NCBI RefSeq assembly: GCF_009914755.1
Contig: NC_060933.1
DNA from: the human T2T-CHM13v2.0 reference genome, Homo sapiens
Reading direction: 5' to 3' (one strand)
Length of the DNA stretch: 64,000 bases
Positions within the stretch are counted from its first letter, which is position 1. Every line of letters starts with the position of its first letter. Shown one piece after another: positions 53,000 to 64,000 of this stretch. The notes beneath the pieces are model-generated. The model had not been told where the DNA came from and made no database searches. It saw nothing but the letters and a program-made list of their open reading frames with translations. The position numbers and the translations under genes were made by a program.

Positions 53000-54558
53000 G
53001 ATGGTTCTCTCGGTCAAACTGTCTCCCCGTTTGCCTTCTGTGCATACTGGCAGGTGAGTGAATGAGCAGAAAGCTTCATTTCCTCCCCAGGCCTGAGCAG
53101 GCAGCAGCTGCTTTCCAGGGAGAAGCGCCCCACCTCGCCTCCCAACCCCACACCTGAGGCTGGCCTTGTTATATTTGCCACCAAGATTCCTCAGGGAGCA
53201 CATCTCTTCATGGACTCCAGGCCCCCAGTCTCAGGACCCAACTCAGCATCCCGCCCACATTGTTGATCTGTCTATTCCTTCCTAAAGCATCAATTATTTT
53301 GGAAGGAGCCCAAGAAAATTTCCAATGAGTGTGCATGACAAGGGGATGAAGGAAAAGCACCCTCCTTCGGCCATTTCTGCAGGTCCTGGCTCTGTGCTTT
53401 GCAGAAGCGGCCTCGGAGTCCTTGCCAATAGACCTATGCCTAGTGCCCCAAGGGACAAGTGTGTGTCTCTGCCCAGAGAAGGCAGGGAGAAGGAGGAGGC
53501 TGGTTCTGCTCCAGCTTGAGGTGGACCTGGGTTTGGGACTGTCATGGGACCAGGGAGGTGACCTTGTGTTCAAAAGTTATCACATCCATAACCCAAATGA
53601 ACTTTCACCTTCTATTTTTCTGCTAAGTCGTAGTTAAAACAAGGAATATGATCTCCACAGGGTTGTGTGTCCACAGCAGTGAAGGAATCGGGGTTTGAGG
53701 AATTATTTGGAGATTGTTACCACTTTAGAATGGCCAGCCTGGGCTTCTAAGAGGAAGAGTCAGCTTTCCTTCTGGCTGTGCATGTACATACTAAGTGCAT
53801 CCTGAAACCCAATGATTAAGTAATATAGTGAACAGAAGTGGTGATTCGGGGAGGGAGAGGGCCACCAGGAGAACAAAGTGGGGCAGCTGGGAGGATGACA
53901 GTCGGGAAAGAGGTGGCTGTGTGGGTGGATCTCTTGAGGGCCTCGCTGCATGCTGAGATAGAGTGAGCAGCGGAGGCAGTGGGCACAGAGAACAGCCGAG
54001 GGGAGGTGACATAGGAGAGCTGCTTTACAGGATGACTCAGTGGGGACAGAACAGTTCAGCAGACAGGGACACCGTGTACAGAGGCACAGAGCCAAGGGGG
54101 CCTGGAGCAGCTGGGAGCCAGCTGGGGCCATGCCTGCTATACCTTGCCACTGGAGCTGCAGAAACTCTGGGGATGTGTCCTTTAGGAGCCAGCTGGGAAG
54201 GGCATGGCCATCCGTGGCTGTGACAGCACCCCACTGGCACTGTTTCCACTGTCCACGCAAAGTGGCCGTGGGCTATGATTATTCTGTAAGGCCCAAGACA
54301 CAGAGCACTAGGAGTTCTGCAGAACAAAATGTGTGGCCACACACAGGTGTGATGGTGCATTCTTAAGTCTCTCAAGTTTTGGGAGCTGATGACACCTTGT
54401 GGGGTATGCACACCCACCTCTTCAGGCCTGACTGCCTTCCCTCCTGCCAACAGGCCCAGCACAGCTGTCCAGGGATGCTGCCGGAAGCAGCCGCAGGCCC
54501 CTGCAGGCCCATCCTCCGGTCCCTATCCTGCCCTTTCCTTGACATCCCACCTCCTCTC

Positions 54559-54741
54559 CAGTGGTGGTGATTGGAGCAGCATCAGAATACCCTGGAGGGC
54601 TCCGTAAAACACAAATCACTGCCCCCACGCCCCAATTTTCTTATGTAATAGCTTTGGCCGGGGCTGGCACTTGTTTTGTCAACAGGATCCCAGGGGATGT
54701 TGATGGTGCTGGTCTGGGGACCATGCTTTTGACAACCACTG
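54559..54741. mobile_element. MER5A-like MITE
   Basis: CAGTGGT...GCATCAGAATACCCTGGAGGGCT...GACAACCACTG. Confidence 0.75.
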
Positions 54742-54784
54742 CATACAGCAGGACAAGTCATGTGCAAATAGCAAAACAGGCCTC

Positions 54785-54917
54785 TGCATTCATTTCCTAG
54801 GGCTTCTGTAACGAAACATCCCATCCTGGGTGGCTTAAAGCAACAGAAATTTATTCTTTCCGAGTTCTGGAAGGCAGATATCAGAAATCAACATGTGCGT
54901 AGGGTGAAGTTCCCTCA
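54785..54917 (-). mobile_element. MLT1B/C 3'-end fragment
   Basis: CTGGGTGGCTTAAAGCAACAGAAATTTATTCT. Confidence 0.8.
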
Positions 54918-56165
54918 ATCCACAGCAGAGCAGCAGGGAATCCAGCCCACATGCACAGTTCAGCCTGGGGCAGGGTGGGGCCCATAAGAAAGCTGGCCAA
55001 TTCTCCTTGCCGTGCAACACTTTGGCCAGGCCTTCCGGCCACTCACATCCAAGCTCTGTCCGCACCCTGGGACACAGCTGCCTCCTGACCACCCAATGAG
55101 CGTACAACTGTGCAAGATGTGTCTGAACCGGAAAGGCCTGAGCAGGCCACAGAAGTGGCCAGAGCATTTGTGCAGAGAACTGGGGGGTCCTTTCCTGGAA
55201 GGATGGGGTGTGGGCTCCTGGTGGCGAGGGGAACCTGCATGGGGCCTTCTGAAGCATAGGACCCCAGTAGAAGCCACTCTTCCTTCTGTTTAAGGAAAAA
55301 TGAGAAGCAGCACTCTCCCCCATCTCCACGTGCCAGGCTTCCAGGCCATGATTCTCTTGCTTCTGCCCATGGTGCGGGAGCTCAAGCTCGCCCGTGGGAG
55401 CTTGTTGGAGCTCAGATCAGGGTCCTGTCCACAGAGAGTCTGCTTTGGAGGGTGTGGCCTGGGCTGGGGCAGTGTCACATGGCAAGCGGCCCTGGTGATA
55501 CGTGTGGTCAGCGGGGCACCGTGGAGAAGCAGCTGTGTGGGGCCCCCTGGGAAGTCCTGGTGGGGAGAGTCACCTGGGAGCTCTGACTTCACCTCACCAT
55601 ACTGGGAGTCAGAGACGTGCTCAAAAACATGGCTTCCTGGGAAGGTTTCGAAGCTCATCATCATTCACACGTTGGTGTGAGGAGGCCCAGGTGCAGCGAG
55701 CCCCTCTGCACCCTAGAGATGGGTGAGTGTGTTGTACACACATGTGTGCGTGCAGATGTGTGTGCACTCTTTTTAAACAGTGTGCCCACAGTGTGGCTGC
55801 GGTCAAGGAGGGAGTTTAAAGTGTAACCCCAACGTGCCATCTTGAACAGAAGAAACCTATCTCACAGCAGAAATTTTTTTGGTGCTATGACCAGTTTCCA
55901 TGCGCTTGACACAAGGATCATAAAACCGAGGTTTGCAGAGTGCCACTGAACAGGGCTGTGAGGAGGCTGTGAAAGGGATGCGTGTTCCGGCCTGCAGAGC
56001 CTGGCATGTGTCTGCTAGAGGAAGGCACTATCTTGGACAGTGAAGGGGACTGTTCAGAGGATGGGAGGGAGTGCTAGGCCACTCCAGCCCTCAATGGACA
56101 TGTCCAGCTCCGGGACTGCCTAGGTCACCCAGTGACCCTGGGAAGAGAGCCTAGGAATTTATTAA

Positions 56166-58218
56166 TGCACACAACATACCACACACATCACTCACCACAC
56201 ATCACATATACCCCCCCACACACACCACACACCCCATACCACACACACACATAGCACACCACACATAGCACATACCACACACACACACCACACATACCAC
56301 ATACCCCCCACACACGCCACACACCACACATCCCCCCACACACCATATCACACACACAGCACACACACCACACATCACACATACCACATACCACACACAT
56401 GCCACACACCCCATACCACACACACAGCACACACACCACACACTACACTACCACACATACCACATACCATACACACACACCCCATACCACATACACAGCA
56501 CACACACACCACACACATATCACACACACGCTACACATAACACACATACCACATACCCACTCCCCTACACACCATACCACAAATACCATATACCATATAC
56601 ACACTACCACTTACATACACATATCACATACAAACACATACCACACATACCACATACACACACCATACATCCCATACCACACATACAGCACACACCACAC
56701 ATACCACACACACACCACACCCCATACCACACACACAGCACTCATATACCACACATACATCACATACCACACACATATCAGATACCACACACACACCACA
56801 CACCACATATACCACATATTCCATATCACACACACACACCCCACACCCCATACCACATACACAGCACACACATACCATGGACATATCATATACCACATAC
56901 ACTACACCCCACACATACGACACATTCCATACTGCACACACACCACACCCCATACCACACGCACAGCACACACACCTCACACCACATATACCACATACCA
57001 CACACACACCTTACAGCACATACCACATACACAACTACCACATACATACACATACCACATACAAACACACACCACCCATACCCCACACCACACACACACA
57101 GCACACACAGCACACACCACACACACACCACACATACACCATACACACCATATACCACACACACATAACCACACACCACAAACTCCATACCACACACACG
57201 GCACACATACCAAACACATACACCCATACCACACATGCACCACACACATACAACATACCACATACACACACACCACACATAACACCCACATACCACACAC
57301 ACACCACACCCCATACCACATGCACAGCACACAGCACACACCACACATACCCCATACCACACACACACAGAGCAGACACACCACACAGCACACACACACC
57401 ACACATACACCATACACACCATACACCACACACACATAACCACACACTTCAAACTCCATACCACACACACAGCACACACACCACACCACAGATACCACAC
57501 ACATACAACCATACCACACACACACCACACACATACTACATGCCATATATACACACACCACACACCACACATACCACATACCCCCCACACCACACACACA
57601 CCACACACCCCTTACCACATACCACATATCACATATACACCATATACTACACGTACCACACACCACACCCACATACTACACACCACATATCACATACACA
57701 CACCACACCCTACACATACCACACACCACACCCACATACCACACACACCACATACTCCATAACACACACAGATCACACACATACTACATACCACATACAC
57801 ACACCACATACCTCATACTACACACACACCACACACACACCACATATCACACACACCACACACACATCACATACCACATACACACACCATGTACATACTA
57901 CATATCACATGCACACACGCACATATGCCATATACCCCTTATACCACATCCCACACCACACACTCCCCACACACCACACACTGCATACCACAGCACTCAC
58001 CACACACCACAAACCACACACACCACACATACTACACACACCACACACACATACAACACACCATACCACACATATACCACACTATGCACACACCACAGCA
58101 TACCACACACACACCAAATACACCACACACGCAGCACACCACATACCCTATACAATGAACACACAATGCACACCCACAGCATACCCCCACACACATCCCA
58201 CACTGCACACACGCACAC
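56166..58218. repeat. ~2 kb cryptic CA-rich simple repeat / minisatellite (CACAC/CATAC/CCACA)
   Basis: Almost G-free plus strand; recurrent CACACCCCATACCACAC motif. Confidence 0.95.
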
Positions 58219-60749
58219 CTTCTCACAGGCTCACAGGACACTTTTCTAGAACATGAGGCATTGGAGATGGAGATAACACACAAAAATTCTCTCTGGCGTC
58301 TCCTCTGCATATGTGCGGGCAGTGTGAAAAATGTACACTCAGAGACACTTTGGGCCATATGTCTGAACCCACACTGACAGCACACACACTGAGCGGCCAT
58401 GGGAAATACAGTCTGCACTGCCTGAAGCGCGTGTACATTTTGGTATCCAGTGAGAAACTGCTCATAGCTCAGTCACCTCAATGAATCAATGTACTCAATA
58501 AGCAGAGGAAAAGCAAGCAGACGGAAAGATAGTTCTTAAAAAGGAAGTTTGCAGGCCCTGAGCAACATCATAAAAGCAAAGAGAAGCAAAACACCCACAG
58601 ATGTGGGAAGGGAGTCCTGTCCGTGGGTCTGCTCTCTGCAGCCCAGTGGCTTCCAAGTCTCCCACTGCAAAGCAGGCCCCTGTTGCTCACGGGGGCCTTT
58701 CCCCACAGTTGCCCCCCCACAGTGCCTCCCTCCACCTCCCTGCCCTGCCTCCTGCAGCCTCCCTCCACCGCCCTGCCATAGTAAGTGAGCAGTGTGTGCT
58801 CCTGCCCTTTTATTCAGAGCCCCAACCGAACACCAACAGATGTGCTGTTGGGTCACATATTTGGCAGGGTGGTCATAGTTTGTGGTTCACCATGCCTTTG
58901 CACATGGAGTGGATCAGAAAGGCACAGTGGGGCTGCAGGGAGAACAGGACACCTGGAGAGCAGCCGCAGCACCTCTGCTTATCACCGTGCACAGCTCCTC
59001 AGCTCTCCCTGGAAGCCATCATAGCCCTGGGACTCTCCGGTGGGCTGAAGTCAACCACTGACAAGTGACACTCATGAGGCCGAGATGTACTCCAAGACAT
59101 TTCATTTTGTTCCCCATGAATTGCTAAGACACAGCCTCCTGCAGGGAGACGGATGCCCACTGCAGGAGGGTGCTGGAGGAGGCGGGCCTAAACCCACAAC
59201 AGGGTGATTGGGGGCTGGGTAGCGGCTGGGTGGTTTCTGACAAAAGTCCTGTCCGAAAGCATCGAAGTGGACAAGGTGTTCCCAGGTCAGCATGGAGCCA
59301 GCTCACCTCCTGGCAGGGAACCTGAAGGAGAGGCTGTCCTGCCAGCAGCTGCTATCTGGCCTGTCCCAGGCCCCGGCTGGAAGCTGAGGCCTCTGGCCCC
59401 AGCTCTGGGGAGGCCCTGGCTCAGTGGACCTTCAAGGTCCACATGAACCTCCAGGGCTGGATCCACAGGTCTTTGTGCCCAAACTCAAGTCTTCCGTGCT
59501 GTCAATCATGAGAAATGAAGACTGTGTGGTTTTGGAAATGTGAGGGTGGCAGCTGATGATGGGCTATTTTTCAAAAGTGGGCCTACATGTAATAGGGAAA
59601 TAGCAGAACCCGCTTCCATTTCTAGGAAGGATTTTATGACAGGGTGGTGACACCTGGGGCCAAGTGGGTTGGTGGATGCTGCGTGACCCTGTCTGGAGAC
59701 AATCTGTGTTCGTCTGCTCTGGGGAATTCAGGCATGACCCTCCATGGCAGCACGGGGTTCCAGGTTGTGACTCTTCATATTCTTGTAATACCCAGGAATT
59801 CCGTGATTAGCAGGCACAGAGAGGAATGCCAGTTTGAGATAAGAAGAGCTGCCATAAACCCAACCAGAATTGGAGATGTAGGACTCGAGGGAGCCTTTTC
59901 CCCTGTAAGAGCATCTGTAGATCTAAATTCCTCTGCCCCGTTATTGTGGGCTGGTGCCAACAAATGCCCGGCATTGCGATCATGGAGCTGACACGAGGGC
60001 TGGGGCAGTCAGCTGCCTGCCAGGGACAGGGTGAGTCTGACAGCTCATGGCTTCTTGGCAAACCTGACAGTCCCTACAGTTGCCATTCATGGGCATTCGA
60101 GCCATGTAGACTACCTTAGTTATAAGATGACAGGCCTAGAAGGTAAAATATCAAGGGGTCATTATTTGGTTCTGTTTACAAGATCATTTTGCGCCAATTC
60201 TTCTGCCTCTGTACAAAGAACAAACTTGCTAGATCTCTTTTCTAATGTCTATATTTTGATAAGGATAATTCAGGAACAAGGGTTCCCCTCAAGAGTGTGG
60301 CTTTCCAATGGTATGTTTGGTTGTAAAGTCAGCTCTGTGGAGGGTGATCAGCATTTTTTTTAAAGAGTGAAATAGCATGGAACTGAAAATTCTGGAATGC
60401 TCTAAACCCCGTAAAGTCCAAGATGTCGTGCATCTCCACGAGCCCTGATGGTCAGGCCCTAGCTGCTTTCCCAGTGTCCACCAGGCCCTCGGCCCTCCAC
60501 CCAAGTCCTCTGTACCCTCCTGCCTCTAGGCTTGAGTACTACCATCCCCAAAGAAGGTGAGCTTTCCCCACATCTAGACTGGCTGTGCCTCCCTTTCTCA
60601 GGCCTATGCTCAGATGCCCTCTCCTCCCAGAAGTCCTTCCTGCCCCTGCTCTCTTTGCCTGTACCCCAAAGCCTGCTTCCTTTTTCTCTGAGATGCTTAC
60701 CACCACTTGACACAGTATCATCACTCTGTGACTTTTGCTGTGGTCTGTC

Positions 60750-60882
60750 TCCTTCCCTTAGATTATCAACTCCACTACGGGAGGGACGTCGTCTCGCTCT
60801 CTGCCACGTGCCTGGCAGCTAGAACCATGCTATACACAGTAGGCACTCAATAAGTATTTGTTATTATTGAAGGGATGAATGA
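60750..60882 (+). mobile_element. L2 3' end
   Basis: ACACAGTAGGCACTCAATAAGTATTTGTT..GATGAATGAA. Confidence 0.75.
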
Positions 60883-60895
60883 AAACCGACATTGG

Positions 60896-61163
60896 GGCTG
60901 AATGTGGTGGCTCACACCTGAAATCCCAGTACCTTGAGAGGCCGAGGAAGGCAGATCACTTGAGGCCAGGAGTTCGAGACCAGCCTGGTCAACATGGAGT
61001 AACCCCGTCTCTACTAAGAATACAAAAATTAGCCAGGTGTGGTGGCTGAGGCACAAGAACCCGGGAGGTGGAGGTTGCAGTGAGCCGAGATCGCACCACT
61101 GCATTGCAGCCTGGGAGACAAAGTGAGATTCTGTCTCAAAAAAAAAAAGAAAAAAGAAAAGAA
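60896..61163 (+). mobile_element. AluS (Sz-like) with two right-arm deletions
   Basis: GTGGTGGC|TGAGGCACAAGAA|CCCGGG. Confidence 0.93.
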
Positions 61164-62163
61164 ATTGGTAACTATCCTTATGTCATTGAATGGTGGTGAG
61201 ATCAAATAAGACAATTTAAGCCCAGTTCCCAGAACATAGTGAATGCTCAATAAATATTAGGTATTATACTCTTTTATTTTCTCTGAACGTTCAGGCCATT
61301 CATTACTTTTGAAATTTTTGAAGTCTTTTTGGAAGAGAAATGCTTCTTGTGTTTCCCAGTGAGTTGGAGTTCCTGAGCTAGCATCATGAGACTTTTAAAT
61401 CTGAAACTGACAATGCCAGTGCCCAGAGGACACACTAGTGGATGCAGGTGCGATGCAGTTTCCTTAAGTGCCTGGCCAGGGAACCGAGGGACTGGCGGTG
61501 CAGCCGGCCCTTTGTACTTTCTGTGATCATAAGATCTTCCTATTGAGAGTTCAGTTCTTTCTGAATACCTCACAGGAAAGGTATTTCGAGCATGTGTTGA
61601 ATATTTTCAAATCCACAAATTCTTTGGGGTCCCCTGATTCATTTTTAGAGTGCTACAGGCTTCCCTATTTGGAAAAGCTTTTGGGAAAGGAGTCCCTGGA
61701 TGCCAGGGGTGCTGCATGTCACCAGGGAAATATTTACCTCTCTTGTGTCAGCTTAATAATAGAAGCACTGCACATTCACACAGCACACTGCTAAACTTAA
61801 CTAATGCAGTCACAGTGGTCTTGGAAGATGAAGTATTTTTACCTGTGGACTAGCCAAGGTATAAACAGAGGCATCGAGGAATGTCTGCAAGGTGCCCTGG
61901 CACACCCTTGCCAGAGCCAGCTATTTGATCCCACTTGTCATGGGCTGAAACCTGTCTTAAAATAAGCTTACTGTGGGGCTCTCTTTGCTAAGATGGAGCC
62001 AGTCCATGCAGTGAAGGAGAAAATGATTCTCAGGCTGACCTCTCGGTGAGAGAGATGTGCAGACTCTATGAGCAGAATACCAAGGTGGGGAGCATCTCCA
62101 TAAGGGAATTGTCTGAACCACGTTGCTACGAGGATGATCAGCCCCCTGTGCAGAGCTGTAGAC

Positions 62164-62197
62164 GTGTGTGTGCATGTGTGTGTGTGTGTGTGTGTGT
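62164..62197. repeat. (TG)n microsatellite
   Basis: Direct inspection. Confidence 0.9.
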
Positions 62198-63194
62198 AAG
62201 TGTTGGCCTGGGGGACAAAAATCAACTAGTTGCTTTCACTTTGTCCTGATAAAACTTTGGAAAAAAAATTTTAAGATACATAGAAAATATCCTTCCTTTC
62301 CCATTCCTTTATTTTTCAGCATTGTTTGTTTTCTTGCCCCTCTCGTGCTGTGTTCAGGCTTTGCATCTGTTGAGCGTTTATGAACCTCCTCTGTGGGCCA
62401 GTGTCTGTGGTAAGTGCTCACATTGGCTACTTGCCATAATTCTCTCAGAAGTCCTTCAAGGCCCATGTTAGCAACTTCACTTTACAAATAAAGTGAGGCT
62501 TCCCCCAGTGCCATACCCAAGAAGCGGGAGAACCAGTGTTCAGCTCGGGTCCCTCTGCCTCTGGAAGGACGCTCTCGATCTTGCTTCTGCAGGGCCTCTC
62601 TAGTGAAGTGGGGTGGGAGGCCCCACAGGGATCCTAGAGGCTCCTCTGGGCTAGCATCCAAGGCCACTTCTAGGAGCCTGAATGTCAACACCACCCAGGG
62701 CACTGTGTCTTCCACCTCCTCTTGGCTCTTCCTCTCATCTCTCAAGCTAAAGAGCATGTCCAAAGGCTTCTGGAACCAGGGCACTTGAGAGTTTATTTTG
62801 CAATTACACCTTGAAGAACTGTAGGATGCTCTAGGCCATTCCTGGGAATTGATTTGCATCTGTCCTCCCAGCCAGTGACCCAGCCTGGAAGGAGGACTAT
62901 TGTCATTGTAGTGAGGTGGCCCCAGTTACCTGCAGGTTCAGGAGCAAAGCCTCCTGAAAAATCAAGGTCCATCCTTGAGGACTCTAAGCCTATCTGTGAG
63001 CAAGGCAGGGTCAGAACCACTCAAGCATAACCACAGCTGTGGGTCAGGGAGGGAGGAGCACTGTGTCTCCAAGCCCCTGGATTTCTTTGTGGTAATGAAA
63101 AGTCCTAAGGACACCCTAAGACTGGAATCTGGGAAGGAAGGAAGGAAGGTTTTCCTCCTCATGTGTCCATGTGTGGGTTCTGAGTGGAAGGACA

Positions 63195-63293
63195 GAATCC
63201 TTACTTTAATTTAATTACCCCTTAAAAGACTTTGTCTCCACTTGTCTCCAAATACAGTCACATTCTGAGATATGGGGTTAGAACTTCAACACA
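63195..63293 (-). mobile_element. MLT1B/C 5' fragment
   Basis: TCTCCAAATACAGTCACATTCTGAG..GGGGTTAGAACTTCAACA. Confidence 0.75.
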
Positions 63294-63880
63294 GGTTAAG
63301 TTGTTTAGGCTCTTTGTTCAGAAGTACCTGATCTAGCCAATGATTTGGCCAACACCTTTTATACTTGGTTTGGGCTCTAAGTGGAGTCTTAGAGAATATC
63401 ATGTACAGGTGACATTACTGGGTTCCAGGGTCCAGAAGGTGTTGGAGGGGTGCTCATGATTGCAGTGGCAGCGGGTCTTCTATAAGCAGTAGGGCAATGG
63501 AATTTCAACCTCCAGACCCTGTGTGCAAAAGCCCCGAGGGTCACTAGGGGCAGTCACAGGGGAAGAAAGGAAATGGCCAGGCCCTTCCAGGTAGAAAGGG
63601 CCATTTGTGCTTGTTGTGGTCTTGTGGGGACACTACAGAACACTGATCAGATGCAATTGGTTGCTATCACCAAGGCAAGAGACTTGGGTTGGACAATTCA
63701 AGGGGTTTCCTGGGCCATGACCTCACCACACCTTCAGTTCCATGTAGACAAAATGACCTGTTCTTCCAACAAGTATTGTTTGAGCCCCTGGTACTTGCCA
63801 CACAGAGTTGTAAATGCTGGGGGCACAGCTGTGGGCAGACAGACAAAAATCCCTGCCCATAGGGAGCTGACCTTCCGGTG

Positions 63881-64000
63881 CAAAGGTTGGCATGTTTTCT
63901 GCAAATGTTTTAGGCTTCAGGGGCCGTGTGGTCTCTGCCACAGCTCCTCAACTTGGCAAAAGCAGCCACAGATGACAGGCTCATGAAGGGGTGTGGCGAT
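63881..64000. mobile_element. MER58A-like hAT MITE, cut by window edge
   Basis: AAATGTTTTAGGCTTCAGGGCCGTGTGGTCTCTG...AAAGCAGCCACAGA. Confidence 0.75.

Noticed and set aside
56399-58256. Longest ORFs (346 and 459 aa His/Thr-rich; Val/Cys-rich on the minus strand)
   Set aside because: Stop-poor CA low-complexity DNA is open in several frames at once; no coding signal.
54785-63293. MLT1 fragments at 54785 and 63195 as halves of one LTR split by an 8-kb insertion
   Set aside because: The intervening DNA holds older L2/MIR relics and has no element boundaries or TSD; independent fragments are more likely.

Overview
Primate (almost certainly human) non-coding DNA, intergenic or intronic. It is dense in interspersed repeats: about a dozen Alus (J, S, Y), L1 fragments of several ages, MaLR/ERVL/ERV1 solo LTRs, L2/MIR relics and hAT/TcMar DNA-transposon remnants. 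It also holds several simple repeats, including a ~2 kb CA-rich tract. I find no supportable protein-coding exon, RNA gene or CpG island, and the ORF track is explained by chance, Alu/L1 sequence or low complexity. I cannot identify the locus, and repeat subfamily names come from remembered consensus sequences, so they need RepeatMasker/Dfam confirmation. The notable structures are: (i) a ~140 bp young L1 insertion that is mostly a 3' transduction (41630-41771); (ii) several self-templated fold-back or template-switch scars (2086, 18619, 24760, 33629, 49206), one with a ~185 bp local copy of an L1 3' end; (iii) a close inverted AluY pair; (iv) higher-order structure in the CA tract. No new biological system can be demonstrated from the sequence alone.
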